Shown one piece after another: positions 41,099 to 51,159 of a stretch of 64,000 nt of DNA. Origin of the DNA: an uncultured Candidatus Binatia bacterium (GTDB taxonomy: Bacteria; Desulfobacterota; Binatia; Bin18); contig OZ243961.1 in NCBI GenBank assembly GCA_965214605.1, forward strand, positions 704,001-768,000, given 5' to 3'. The notes beneath the pieces are model-generated. The model was given only the letters and a program-made list of their open reading frames with translations. It was not told the DNA's origin and searched no databases. Position numbers and translations under genes: made by a program. Position 1 is the first letter of the stretch. The number at the start of each line of letters is the position of its first letter.

Positions 41099-41150
41099 CG
41101 GTTTTTATAGACAGCAACAAAGGCGAGTGAGCCTTTGCCGGAACATAGGC

Positions 41151-42248
41151 TCAAAACTTTGAGGGGTCAAGGCGGCACTCTCCCTCCTCTCTGACCGCCC
41201 CCCCGTACTTGCGGCACAAACCGCGAAACTGGTGATAGGTGAGCCCCAGCCTCTCAGCCGCCTTACGCTGATTGTATTTGGCCTGCCTGAGCGCCTTTCG
41301 GAGCAGACTGAGCTCCAGCTCTCGAACGGCCTCAGTAAAGGGCTTGGTCTCGACACTGGGCGGCACACGCTGCGCCCCCTTGGCCACGGATGGCCCGTCA
41401 TGTGGTTCGGCCCGAAAAGGCGACCGAAAGGGATCAACAATAATATCGCTCTCAGTCACCCGGCTGTCATCGGACCGGTACACCGCCCGTTCAACCACAT
41501 TTTTGAGCTCACGAATATTACCCGGCCAGTGGTAGGCTTCGAGCGCGGCAATCGCTGCGGGGCTGAAATCGGGGACCTCGTGTCGGCCGAGTTCTAGGGC
41601 CATACGGCCGGCAAAGTGCTGGGCCAGCAGCATAATATCCGGCTGGCGCTCGCGCAGGGGGGGCACAAACAGGACCTCGAAGGACAGACGATCAAGTAAA
41701 TCGGGTTTAAAGCGACCGTCTTTGGCCAGCCCAGCCAACTCAGCGTTGGTTGCTCCGATAATCCGCACGTCGGCCTGAATCGGCTGTGAGCCCCCCACCC
41801 GTTCAAAGCTGCCGTATTCAACCACGCGTAAAATCTTCTCCTGCACCTCAAGCGGGATTTGTCCGATTTCATCCAAAAACAGGGTCCCGCCGTCCGCGAC
41901 TTCGAAACGCCCGGCCCGCCGCTCAACGGCTCCGGTAAACGCGCCGTGCTCATGACCGAAGAGTTCGGATTCGATCAAGGTCGGAGACAAAGCCGCACAG
42001 TTAAGGGCCAGCAGCGGCGCCTGCCAACGCGGCGACAGGTAGTGGAGACGCGAAACGGCCAACTCCTTTCCTGAGCCCCGTTCGCCGATTAACAGCACCG
42101 GCCGATTGACCCGAGCGGCCCGTGACAGCCGTTCCTGAAATTCCAGGAAAATTTCCGACTGACCAAGGGCCTCGGTCCGGCCGACGTGCGGCACTTCATC
42201 GGTATGTTGAGGACCTCGCTTGTCTTGAATAAGGGTGCGTCTTTTCAT
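41151..42248 (-). CDS. pspF: Phage shock protein operon sigma54 activator PspF
   Basis: [33 protein letters not shown]-terminal [11 protein letters not shown]; divergent from pspA; exact start uncertain. Confidence 0.92.
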   Translation of the reverse strand: MKRRTLIQDKRGPQHTDEVPHVGRTEALGQSEIFLEFQERLSRAARVNRPVLLIGERGSGKELAVSRLHYLSPRWQAPLLALNCAALSPTLIESELFGHEHGAFTGAVERRAGRFEVADGGTLFLDEIGQIPLEVQEKILRVVEYGSFERVGGSQPIQADVRIIGATNAELAGLAKDGRFKPDLLDRLSFEVLFVPPLRERQPDIMLLAQHFAGRMALELGRHEVPDFSPAAIAALEAYHWPGNIRELKNVVERAVYRSDDSRVTESDIIVDPFRSPFRAEPHDGPSVAKGAQRVPPSVETKPFTEAVRELELSLLRKALRQAKYNQRKAAERLGLTYHQFRGLCRKYGGAVREEGECRLDPSKF

Positions 42249-42325
42249 GGTGTTCAAAGCTATTATAGAGTAGTTTTGACGAAAAAATAGTAAAAAAACC
42301 AAGTTCATATTTTTCAAAATTTATC

Positions 42326-42338
42326 TAAGTCATTGATA
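42326..42338 (-). promoter_or_regulatory. Putative IHF-binding site in the pspF-pspA intergenic region
   Basis: Minus strand TATCAATGACTTA matches WATCAANNNNTTR; located between pspF and the sigma54 promoter. Confidence 0.6.
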
Positions 42339-42365
42339 TTCATCATTTTTTCAATTTCGGACAGT

Positions 42366-42383
42366 TTGGCACCCTCCATGCTT
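42366..42383 (+). promoter_or_regulatory. Sigma54 (-24/-12) promoter of pspA
   Basis: TTGGCACCCTCCATGCTT with GG-N10-GC spacing, about 45 nt upstream of pspA and adjacent to pspF. Confidence 0.75.
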
Positions 42384-42426
42384 ATACATGGCAACTCCAA
42401 CACCATAAGCAAAAGGAGGGGAGGAC

Positions 42427-43086
42427 ATGGGAGTTTTTAGCCGACTTGGCGATATCATTAGTTCCAACATCAACGCCATGCTAGACCGGGCCGAAGATCC
42501 GGAAAAAATGGTCCGGCTGATGATTCAAGAGATGGAGGATACCCTGGTCGAAATCAAGGCCTCGTGCGCGGGAGCGATGGCCGCTCAAAAGCGCATCCAG
42601 CGCGATTTACAACACGTTCACAACCGGATCACCGGCTGGGAGGACAAGGCGCAGCTCGCTGTCAGCAAGGACCGAGAGGATCTGGCCCGCGAGGCCCTGA
42701 TGGAAAAGCGGCGCTATCGCGAGCGGGCCAAAGCACTTGAAGAAGAGCTGCGCCACAGCGAAACCCTTATCAAGCAGTATCAGTCTGACATTGCGCAGCT
42801 CGACGATAAGCTCAGCACTGCCCGAGAGAAGCAGCGGATTCTCGTCCAACGCCACATCCGAGCTCAAAAGCAAAAGCGCGCTCATACCGACCTCCAACGC
42901 TTTGAGAACAACGCGGCGATGCTCCGCTTCGAGCAGTTTGAGAACCGTGTTGAGCGACTGGAAGCCGAAGCCGAGCTAGTCAACACCCGTCGTCAACCCA
43001 GCCTCGAAGAAGAGTTTGACCGGCTCGAAGGCGATGAGGAGATTGAGAAAGAGCTGGCTGCCCTCAAGGCCGCAGCACCCAACTAG
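42427..43086 (+). CDS. pspA: Phage shock protein A
   Basis: MGVFSRLGDIISSNINAMLDRAEDPEKMVRLMIQEMEDTLVE; coiled coil; strong RBS. Confidence 0.95.
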   Translation: MGVFSRLGDIISSNINAMLDRAEDPEKMVRLMIQEMEDTLVEIKASCAGAMAAQKRIQRDLQHVHNRITGWEDKAQLAVSKDREDLAREALMEKRRYRERAKALEEELRHSETLIKQYQSDIAQLDDKLSTAREKQRILVQRHIRAQKQKRAHTDLQRFENNAAMLRFEQFENRVERLEAEAELVNTRRQPSLEEEFDRLEGDEEIEKELAALKAAAPN

Positions 43087-43097
43087 GAGGAGGTTGG

Positions 43098-43520
43098 ATG
43101 GACGCACTATACGCCTTTTCACCAACCGGCTGGAGCTATTTTATTGGAAGCTCTCTGTTAATAGGTGCTCTTGTTTTGTGCGCGGCGAAGGGGACGGCTA
43201 GGCAGAGAAAGTGGGACAACGGATATTTGTATGCTATTCTTCTCATGAATCTAAGCACGCTGCTGATATATCAGTTGGAGCCCTTCTTTTTTCTGCACTG
43301 GCCAGCCCTCGTCACGCTTCTTGCCATCCCCATCGGGTATTGGACGATCTCCGCCAACCGGCCTTGGCTGCTGGCGTATCCGATGTGTGTGGCTGTTAGC
43401 TCTTACACGTTCTGGAGGGATGGCGTAGTGGTGCTCATCGCTTTTGCTGTCAGAACAAGGAGTGTGGGTGAGATACTGACGACCAAACCACAGCTGCTCA
43501 AGGCGGGGGGGACGACATGA
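43098..43520 (+). CDS. Hypothetical multi-TM membrane protein inside the psp operon
   Basis: RBS AGGAGGAGG, about 4 hydrophobic segments, stop overlaps the pspB start (ATGA). Confidence 0.65.
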   Translation: MDALYAFSPTGWSYFIGSSLLIGALVLCAAKGTARQRKWDNGYLYAILLMNLSTLLIYQLEPFFFLHWPALVTLLAIPIGYWTISANRPWLLAYPMCVAVSSYTFWRDGVVVLIAFAVRTRSVGEILTTKPQLLKAGGTT

Positions 43521-43777
43521 ACACGGGGACCTTAGTGATTCTCCTCATCTTTGGCACCGGGTTTGTGGCGGTCGCCGGGGGGCTTGCCCTTGCGGCTCTC
43601 AAGATCCTCAAAGGCCGTCCCAACCGCTCCCGCCAGCTCGATAGTGACGAAACCAAACTTATGCAAGAGCTCTATCAGGGTCTCTCACGCCTGGAAGAAC
43701 GCGTGGAGGCTCTGGAGACGTTGGTGCTTGATCAGGACAGACCGGACACCCGCAAGCAACATTCCTTCACCCTCTAG
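43517..43777 (+). CDS. pspB: Phage shock protein B-like
   Basis: N-terminal TM helix, then ETKLMQELYQGLSRLEERVEALETL. Confidence 0.8.
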   Translation: MNTGTLVILLIFGTGFVAVAGGLALAALKILKGRPNRSRQLDSDETKLMQELYQGLSRLEERVEALETLVLDQDRPDTRKQHSFTL

Positions 43778-43804
43778 AAACGCTGGTGCTTGATCAAGAC
43801 AGAC
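43710..43804 (+). repeat. 33-bp imperfect direct repeat of the pspB 3' region (period 62)
   Basis: CTCTGGAGACGTTGGTGCTTGATCAGGACAGAC (43710-43742) vs CTCTAGAAACGCTGGTGCTTGATCAAGACAGAC (43772-43804), 4 mismatches. Confidence 0.8.
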
Positions 43805-43821
43805 TAGAAAGGAGTCCGGCT

Positions 43822-44208
43822 ATGACGTCTACCCGCTATCAGTCTCAGACCCATCTGTATCGCTCCCGGGACGGGATGATCTTGGGCGTATGTAAAGGCA
43901 TCGCCCACTATTTTGACTTCAGCGTGTTCTGGGTTCGGTGTGTGACGCTTGTCATGTTTCTGTTTTCCGGCTTTTGGCCACTAGGTGGAATCTACCTGCT
44001 TGCCGCCCTGCTGATGAAGCCCGCGCCGGTCATTCCGCTGGAAACCAGCGAAGAGCAGGAGTTCTACCACTCCTATGCCAGCTCACAGGGCCTGGCGCTG
44101 CAACGCCTGAAGCGCTGCTTTGACAAACTCGACCACCGTATCCAACGCCTCGAACACCAGGTCACGACTCGGGAGAGTGACTGGGAGCGCCGCTTTTACG
44201 CTTCCTAG
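43822..44208 (+). CDS. pspC: Phage shock protein C
   Basis: LYRSRDGMILGVCKGIAHYF, IYLLAALLMKP, RIQRLEHQVT; RBS AAGGAG. Confidence 0.9.
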   Translation: MTSTRYQSQTHLYRSRDGMILGVCKGIAHYFDFSVFWVRCVTLVMFLFSGFWPLGGIYLLAALLMKPAPVIPLETSEEQEFYHSYASSQGLALQRLKRCFDKLDHRIQRLEHQVTTRESDWERRFYAS

Positions 44209-45241
44209 CTCACTCGGCTGCGGGGTTCGTGGCGGTTCCCTCAGCCAGACGCCAAGTCTTTGAACAGAAAAGGCGCCAGACCACCATCACGGCTGCGTCA
44301 AGGCCGGCCCTTAAAAAGGGGGCCATGAGCAAAGTGGACGACGCACCCGGAGCAATATGGGGGGCACGAGCCTGGGGGCGGACGCAAATAGAGGAGGTCC
44401 TGGGGATATCCCTGCGAGGACAATCCACGAGAGTCTGGGGGCGGCCCGTACGTCTGTCCGCGGTAAAATGGACAGCAGAACATCACCGTGTGAGTGAGAG
44501 AGACCCGCAGCCGGACTATGACTCCTGGCCGTTCGCCGCGTCCATGATATTCGTCCCGCCGCCGAGTACCGTATTCCGAGTTACGACCGCCCTGGCTTTG
44601 CTTTGGCCGCTCCGAGCACCGCTGTCGCCGGACTGCATGGCAGAGGCCGAAAGGGCACCTGGTTGAGCCGAATCGTCACGTCACCCACAGGCCCAGGGTG
44701 AGCGCAGCCAGTAGGCTTGGCCAGCACAGTCCAACACTAACAGGGCGGGAGTCCCGCGGCCAAGACATTGCTCCTCCGCCCACGGTGGTACGCTGTACCC
44801 GTGTCTTAAGCACCGTCACAGCCTGTTCCAAACCAGACGCCCAATGCATCGCTGGTAGCCTCTGCTCGTTGAGTAGGGACCGCAGAGAAGTTCAAGGTTC
44901 TGTCCCAACCCCACCGGACATTGTCCCCTCGGGAAAATACCCGGTGTCTAGAGCACAGAGGTAAAGTGTTGACGCAGGGCCTCGGCCAAAGACTTTCTCT
45001 GAGTCCGGCTGAGGAGGCAGCAGTCTGCCCGTGGTCGTATTAAATGAGTTTCGGCACGGCTGACCGCCGGCGGTTGAGCAGTCGGAACGGGCAAAGAGCT
45101 GCCGCACGCTCAGAGGCGGTGTCCTGAAAAGGCGGAGGATCGGGGATCTCTTCCCGTAAGCGCGGTCATCCAGGGGCTCGCACCACCATGAGCCCGACGA
45201 GAAGTGGCTTACCAAAACCTATCGCCATAAATACTCGGCCC

Positions 45242-46213
45242 CTAACCACCAAAATAACTCTTGGGATTCTCCACGGTCATGGTCCGAATCATGCCCTCGC
45301 CCACACCGGCTTTGCTGAGCTGGGGCAGAATATTTTTCATGATATGGGAGTAGCTCCAGTTGGGACAGGCTTCCATGAACTTTCCCCAGTCCTCACTCAC
45401 TCGACCCAGCCAGCAGCCGACGTGGTCGTGGGAGAGCATAATGCGATCAAAGCCGACCGCCAGCAGACCGATCAGCGAGGCCAGGCGCATCTTATCCGAG
45501 GCGATCGTTTCGATGCCAAAGCGATCAAAACCGATCCAGGCACCCCGCTCAAGGATATCGAAGTAGTAGCGCATGTCACCGACACCACAGGCATGGCCGA
45601 TCAGCACGCTGTTAAAATCTACCCCCTCCTCTTCAAACACGTCGAGCGTCTGACGCCCCAGCGGCCCGAGTTCGTCGTTGTGGCACAGGATCGGAACGCC
45701 GGTTGCTTTGTGCGCCCGGGCGGCGGCCCGCAAACAGGTTTCCTCGCATGGGGCGATGTCGGTCGCGGTCTCAGTCATACCCGGAATCCCTCCGGTTGCC
45801 GTCTTAATGATACCCGGCTTGATCCCGGTTTCATTCATGCCTTCGGCCAGCTCACGTTCATAGACCTCGGCGATAGCGTCGGCATCCAGGCTACGAAAAT
45901 GGGGTGGAATACCCAGGGCTTCGTTGTACAGGCCGGTTGCCATGATGATTTGCACGCCCGACTTTTCCGCAGCCTCAAGGGCGAACTCCGGGTCCCGCCC
46001 AAGCTCCATGGGACAGGGATCAACAATTGAGGTCACCCCCAGATCTTTGATCTCCTTGAGCTTATCGACGATGCTGGCCATTTCGCCTGGGCGGTCAAAG
46101 CTGGCATTGTCAAACTCCCAGCCGGGAAATCCGGCCGTGAGATGTTCGTGGATCAGAGTGAAGCCCAAGTCCTCGGGCGTACATGTACCGGTTACGGTGT
46201 GAATGGTCGGCAT
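45242..46213 (-). CDS. Phosphotriesterase-related (PHP/PTE) amidohydrolase
   Basis: LGFTLIHEH, LGRDP, MATGLY, IIKTAT, IGH, FDRFG, LSHD. Confidence 0.9.
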   Translation of the reverse strand: MPTIHTVTGTCTPEDLGFTLIHEHLTAGFPGWEFDNASFDRPGEMASIVDKLKEIKDLGVTSIVDPCPMELGRDPEFALEAAEKSGVQIIMATGLYNEALGIPPHFRSLDADAIAEVYERELAEGMNETGIKPGIIKTATGGIPGMTETATDIAPCEETCLRAAARAHKATGVPILCHNDELGPLGRQTLDVFEEEGVDFNSVLIGHACGVGDMRYYFDILERGAWIGFDRFGIETIASDKMRLASLIGLLAVGFDRIMLSHDHVGCWLGRVSEDWGKFMEACPNWSYSHIMKNILPQLSKAGVGEGMIRTMTVENPKSYFGG

Positions 46214-46232
46214 ACATGGCTCCCTTCCTCAA

Positions 46233-46622
46233 TTAGAGATACTGCAAGAAATACAGATTATTGCCGTCAGGGTCTTTGAACCCCACAATCCGGGCTCCCC
46301 AGTCCTGATCTTCGGGTCTGCCCAGGAAGGTGATCCCCTTGGCCTGGCACTCGGTGTACGACCGGTTCACGTCTTCAACTAGGAAGCTGATATGATCCAG
46401 GCCGGGCGGATTATGGGCCAGACTGACTTGTCGCTGGACGGCTTGGGGAGCGGTCTGTTTGGTCTGAAACAGAAATAAGACAGCCGCCTCCGAGGTCATT
46501 GTACAGCCCTTCACCCCGGCCTCGTACTCATCGCCTTTGTGAAAACCCAACTTTTCGTAAAAGGCGACCGAACGCGCCAGATCAGTCACTGCCACTCCAA
46601 CGTTATCAATGCCTTTGAGCAT
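46233..46622 (-). CDS. VOC/glyoxalase family protein
   Basis: VTDLARSVAFYEKLGF, GLDHISFLV, FKDPDGN. Confidence 0.9.
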   Translation of the reverse strand: MLKGIDNVGVAVTDLARSVAFYEKLGFHKGDEYEAGVKGCTMTSEAAVLFLFQTKQTAPQAVQRQVSLAHNPPGLDHISFLVEDVNRSYTECQAKGITFLGRPEDQDWGARIVGFKDPDGNNLYFLQYL

Positions 46623-46642
46623 ACGCTTTCCTCCTTATGGAG

Positions 46643-47713
46643 TTACTGCAAGGACATGGAGTTTGTTTGCTCCCTCAGCTCTTTCCACACCGTGCCGATA
46701 ATCCGTACGGCGTCGTGGATCTGTTGCGCGGTCAGACCATAGTGAGTCACCGCCCGCAAACGTCCCTGGCCCAGGTCTCCGATCCTGACTCCGGCGTCGG
46801 CCAACCGGGCAACGAACACGCCCTCGTCAAGGGTGTTGTCCGCGATCCAAAAAATTACCAGATTGGTCTGGACGGTTTCCAGATCAACCTGTAGGTCGGG
46901 TAATTCGGCCAGCCCTTGGGCTAAAATCCGGGCGTTGGTGTGATCTTCTTCGAGTCGGTCAACCATTTCGGTCAGGGCCACAATGCCGGCCGCGGCAATA
47001 ATGCCGGCCTGGCGCATTCCGCCGCCGAGCATTTTACGGTAGCGCCGAGCCTGGGCGATAAATTCGGCGCTGCCACACACCAGCGACCCAACCGGGGCGG
47101 CTAAGCCCTTGGACAAACAGAACTGCACAGAGTCAGGCTGACGGACCAGTTCTTTGACCGCACAGCCATGGGCCACCGCCGCATTAAAAATCCGTGAGCC
47201 ATCTAGATGAATCGGCAGGCTGAGGCGATCGGCCAACGCTCGGACCGACTCCAGATAGGGCACTGACAAGACCGTGCCACCACATCGATTGTGGGTATTT
47301 TCCAGACACACCACCCCGGCCGGAGCAGCATGAATATCGCTGGCGGCCGGACGAATCGCCCGCTCCAGATCACCAACGGCCAGCTCGCCAAACCGTCCGG
47401 TTGGCACCGGGTGCAGCACGCATCCGCCCAAAGCCGATACCCCACCCGCCTCATAGTGGTAGATGTGCGCCTGATCGCCCACAATCACCTCTGCGCCGCG
47501 CCGACAGTGGCTCAGTACAGAGACGAGATTACCCATCGTCCCGCTGGCCACCAGCAGCGCGGCCTCTTTGCCCAGCAATTCGGCTGCGAAGGCTTCAAGG
47601 CGGTTGACGCTGGGGTCTTCAGACATGACGTCGTCGCCCAATTCGGCCTGAGCGATGGCCTGACGCATGGCCGGGCTGGGCAGGGTGACAGTGTCGCTGC
47701 GCAGATCGATCAT
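46643..47713 (-). CDS. ltaE: Low-specificity L-threonine aldolase
   Basis: MIDLRSDTVT, SGTMGN, CLENTHN, HLDGSRIFNA, CLSKGL (PLP Lys), GGGMRQAG. Confidence 0.93.
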   Translation of the reverse strand: MIDLRSDTVTLPSPAMRQAIAQAELGDDVMSEDPSVNRLEAFAAELLGKEAALLVASGTMGNLVSVLSHCRRGAEVIVGDQAHIYHYEAGGVSALGGCVLHPVPTGRFGELAVGDLERAIRPAASDIHAAPAGVVCLENTHNRCGGTVLSVPYLESVRALADRLSLPIHLDGSRIFNAAVAHGCAVKELVRQPDSVQFCLSKGLAAPVGSLVCGSAEFIAQARRYRKMLGGGMRQAGIIAAAGIVALTEMVDRLEEDHTNARILAQGLAELPDLQVDLETVQTNLVIFWIADNTLDEGVFVARLADAGVRIGDLGQGRLRAVTHYGLTAQQIHDAVRIIGTVWKELREQTNSMSLQ

Positions 47714-47717
47714 ACCC

Positions 47718-48134
47718 CTACCTCCGTCCACGCACTTTCTCGATCTGGCGTCGCTCGCGCTTGGTCGGTCGGCCCGTGCGGTGGGGCCGGAACTGGGGCG
47801 GTACGAAGACGCTCCGCTCCTCCCGAGGCGGGGGAGGCGGGGAGTGATCTTCGTACAACAGACGTGCCTCAGAAGCCGGGCCACGACGCTCGGCTAGGGC
47901 GATGACCGTGAACTCTTTGCGACCCGCCGGATGGGTGACGCTTACCGCGTCGGTAACCCGGACTAGCTTGTGCGGTTTGGCGTTATGTCCGTTGACCTTG
48001 ACCTTACCCCCACCGCAGGCTTCGGCGGCCAGCGAGCGACTTTTGTATAAGCGGGTGGCCCACAGCCAGCGATCGATGCGAACGGCGGGGACGGCTTGGG
48101 TCGCCTGGACCGGAGCGGCCGAACGGTTGGCCAT
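47718..48134 (-). CDS. hslR: RNA-binding S4 domain protein, Hsp15-like
   Basis: VRIDRWLWATRLYKSRSLA, RRGPASEA..LYE, GRPTKRERR. Confidence 0.9.
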   Translation of the reverse strand: MANRSAAPVQATQAVPAVRIDRWLWATRLYKSRSLAAEACGGGKVKVNGHNAKPHKLVRVTDAVSVTHPAGRKEFTVIALAERRGPASEARLLYEDHSPPPPPREERSVFVPPQFRPHRTGRPTKRERRQIEKVRGRR

Positions 48135-48138
48135 TGGC

Positions 48139-49119
48139 TCAGCTCCCAAAGGCGTTGAGCACGGCCTTGATGCCGGCGTCATAATCGCCGTCTATCGCCG
48201 TCGGATAGAGCACCACATAGGACGCTCCGCTTTTCTCAAATTCTTCGACCTTGTCCCGACAGGCCTGGGGCGAGCCAAGCGCGGCAACCTGGGTTGCCAT
48301 GGCGTCAGAAACGGCGGCCGCGGCCGCGAGCGGATCGTTCTTTTCCCATGCAGCGGCGATAGCGGCGGCTTCGGTCTCGTAGCCCTGACGAGCGAACAGA
48401 CGATTATAGTACGGCATCCGGCCATAGAACGACAAGGTCTGTTTGACCGAGCGCAGGGCAACCGCTTGGTCGTCGCACACACAGCAGTGCATAATCAGCG
48501 CGATCCGCACCTCCGCGGCAGACCGGCCGGCCTTCTTGGCACCCTGAGCGATACCGTCAACAACCTCGCGCAAGCCGTGCGGCGCATAATTGAGAGGCAG
48601 GCTGCCATCGGCCAACTCTCCTGTCACTCCGATGCTGCGGGGCGAAATACCGGCCACATAAATCGGAATCTTACCGGCGGGGCGTGGGGCGGCAATCCCC
48701 CGCGCGGCCATGGCTGCCAAGGCTTCGTCCTCACCCCGAAAAATCTTGGACAGGCTTGAGATATACTCACGCAGCGCAGTCAGAGGTTTGTCCATGCTAA
48801 TGCCAAAAGCCGCGTTGACCGGTACATGGCTGGTGCCCAAACCGAGCAGCATGCGGCCGGGGGCCAGCTGATCGATGGTCATCACGTGCAAAGCCGTCAG
48901 TAAGGGATGACGGAGGTAGAGATTGGTAATGCCGGTGCCAACCTGAATCTTTGTAGTCTGGCTGACAAAATGCTGGGCTAGGGCTAGCGAATCGGTCATC
49001 GACTCGGTGACTAGGAAATTGCGCAAACCGATCGTTTCGGCTTGTTTGGCGTAGTCGGTCAGCTTGTCGATATTACCAGGCGCCATATTGCTCATGAGCA
49101 AAAGTCCGGGGGTCTGCAT
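48139..49119 (-). CDS. LLM class flavin/F420-dependent oxidoreductase
   Basis: QVGTGITNLYLRHP, APGRMLLGLGTSH, GELADG; RBS GGAGGAG. Confidence 0.88.
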   Translation of the reverse strand: MQTPGLLLMSNMAPGNIDKLTDYAKQAETIGLRNFLVTESMTDSLALAQHFVSQTTKIQVGTGITNLYLRHPLLTALHVMTIDQLAPGRMLLGLGTSHVPVNAAFGISMDKPLTALREYISSLSKIFRGEDEALAAMAARGIAAPRPAGKIPIYVAGISPRSIGVTGELADGSLPLNYAPHGLREVVDGIAQGAKKAGRSAAEVRIALIMHCCVCDDQAVALRSVKQTLSFYGRMPYYNRLFARQGYETEAAAIAAAWEKNDPLAAAAAVSDAMATQVAALGSPQACRDKVEEFEKSGASYVVLYPTAIDGDYDAGIKAVLNAFGS

Positions 49120-49261
49120 AGGCTCCTCCTTTGCTGCTGATTTCAAATCATAAGCCCAACGGAACTGCAACACGGGCTCGGGGCAACAAAAAAATTGTTG
49201 CCGTTCTCATCCCAGCATGGTAGCGTCGCTCCTCAGTCTTGACACCGAGCGGGGGGACGCT

Positions 49262-50428
49262 ATGGATGCGAAAGCCGGAGCCCGAGAACGCTTTGAGAGT
49301 GTGCGTGCTGATCTCATTGAGCTCAGCCGCCGGATTCACGCCAACCCGGAGTTGGGGTACGAGGAAGAAAAAGCCGCGGCTTGGCTATCGGAGACCCTGG
49401 CCGACGCGGGTTTTCAGGTTGAGAGGGGCATTTGTGATATGCCGACCGCATTTGTCGCTCGGGCGGGCAGCGGACCGCTGCATATTGGGATCTGTGCCGA
49501 GTACGACTGTCTGCCCGAGATCGGCCATGCCTGCGGACATAATATCATTGCCGCCATGGGCGTTGGGGCGGGGATTGCCGCAGCCAAGATTGCCGATGAG
49601 GTCGGACTCACGGTGAGTGTGATCGGGACGCCGGCCGAAGAGGTGTGCGACGGCGGTGGGAAGATCCTGCTCTTAGAGCGTGGCGGCTTTAGCGGGCTAC
49701 ACGCGGCCATGATGGTGCATCCGGCTCCCATGGACATTGTGGAGTTTCCGATTATTGCTGCCTCCATGTTTGACGTGTGTTACACCGGCAAAGAAGCCCA
49801 CGCCTCGGCTTTTCCCGAACGCGGCATCAACGCCGCCGACGCGCTGACCGTTGCCCAAACAGCAATCGGTCTGCTGCGCCAGCACATTCGTTCCAGCGAC
49901 CGTATTCACGGCATTATTACCAAAGGTGGGGACGCGCCGAACGTCATTCCGGCCCGTACCACAGCCCGTTATATCGTGCGGGCCAAGACGATTGAAGACC
50001 TCGCCGAGATCAAGGAGAAAGTCCGGCGCTGTTTTGAAGCCGGTGCTCTGGCAACCGGCTCCGGCCTAGAGATCGTTGGCGGTGAGAAACCGTACGCCGA
50101 AATGCACCACGACCCAGATATCGCCGCCGCCTACCAGCGCAATGCCGAAGCCCTTGGCCGCAGCTTCCCGGATTTGGGACCCAACCTGGAAAAATCAGCC
50201 GGCTCAACCGACATGGGCAATGTTTCGCTGGCTCTACCGTCTATTCACCCGGCCATTGGCATTGACTCGTTACCGGCTGTCAACCATCAGCCCGAATTTG
50301 CCGCCCACTGCATTAGCCCGGCCGCCGAGAAAGCGCTAATTGACGGCTCGCTTGCTATGGCATGGACCGCGGTCGATCTGGCTACGGAGAGCAAAGTTCG
50401 GCAGCGCTTGTTGAGCAAAAGAATCTAG
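49262..50428 (+). CDS. M20 family metallo-amidohydrolase (ACY1L2-like)
   Basis: IHANPELGYEE, AEYD, HACGHN, GTPAEE, GSTDMGNVS, NHQPEF. Confidence 0.92.
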   Translation: MDAKAGARERFESVRADLIELSRRIHANPELGYEEEKAAAWLSETLADAGFQVERGICDMPTAFVARAGSGPLHIGICAEYDCLPEIGHACGHNIIAAMGVGAGIAAAKIADEVGLTVSVIGTPAEEVCDGGGKILLLERGGFSGLHAAMMVHPAPMDIVEFPIIAASMFDVCYTGKEAHASAFPERGINAADALTVAQTAIGLLRQHIRSSDRIHGIITKGGDAPNVIPARTTARYIVRAKTIEDLAEIKEKVRRCFEAGALATGSGLEIVGGEKPYAEMHHDPDIAAAYQRNAEALGRSFPDLGPNLEKSAGSTDMGNVSLALPSIHPAIGIDSLPAVNHQPEFAAHCISPAAEKALIDGSLAMAWTAVDLATESKVRQRLLSKRI

Positions 50429-50446
50429 GCGGAGGGCGCCCGGTCG

Positions 50447-51157
50447 TCAGCGAAACAGTCCGGCCTTGGGCCAAAACCGACCATAGATATTTTCGTATAT
50501 CTCTCCATTTAAAAAGATGTCGGTAAAGGGGCTGGCGTCGGGGGCCATGAGATACAGCAAACACACTGCCCCGACCATCGCGGCCGAGACACCGAGATTG
50601 TTGTACTCAATGACTTTGAGCGCCGTGCCAAACGAACGCTTGAGCCGCGTGCTCATAAAATCCACGCTAAAGATCTCGTCTAGGAGCAGATGGATCGTAT
50701 AGCCGCAGCACACGAAGGTGCCAAGGATCCACGCAAAAAGCGGGCTACAGGCAAAGACTACATAGCTCAGGTTGGTCATCAACAACCCAAAAAACAGTCC
50801 GGCCGCCAGCGAATGAAAAATCCCACGATGGACGGTGAAGCTGGTAAAGACGAGCCAAACCGGGTAACGGATAAAGGCATAGACAAGCAGCCACAACAAC
50901 CACAGTTCAAGAGTGGAGTACTGCTCAACATGGGCGAAGACAACGAGGAAGGCAGCCACAAAACCCAAGACAGTGAAGAGAATTTTAATCGGACTGGAAT
51001 GATCTGAGTCAATATCGGGCAGAATCCCGCCCAGGGTTCCGACCACCGACAGAGTAATTACCTCGCCCGGACTGGCCACTTCAGCCCCTAGGCAAACCGT
51101 GGCCAACAGCCCACTACCAACAGCAGCCACCGTCACGTGGGTCCGAAAATTCGCCAT
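50447..51157 (-). CDS. Metal-dependent membrane hydrolase (YdjM-like)
   Basis: MANFRTH, LPDIDSD, HRGIFHS, HLLLD; several TM segments. Confidence 0.88.
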   Translation of the reverse strand: MANFRTHVTVAAVGSGLLATVCLGAEVASPGEVITLSVVGTLGGILPDIDSDHSSPIKILFTVLGFVAAFLVVFAHVEQYSTLELWLLWLLVYAFIRYPVWLVFTSFTVHRGIFHSLAAGLFFGLLMTNLSYVVFACSPLFAWILGTFVCCGYTIHLLLDEIFSVDFMSTRLKRSFGTALKVIEYNNLGVSAAMVGAVCLLYLMAPDASPFTDIFLNGEIYENIYGRFWPKAGLFR

Positions 51158-51159
51158 TT

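Noticed and set aside
44210-45240. tmRNA, RNase P RNA, cobalamin riboswitch or moeA remnant
   Set aside because: I could not find the diagnostic conserved motifs; the resemblances were too weak to call.
46643-47884. Extended N-terminus of ltaE (likewise at 3224, 13612, 15836, 36076 and 51882)
   Set aside because: Family-typical starts lie downstream, most with an RBS; the extensions overlap neighbouring genes or promoter DNA.
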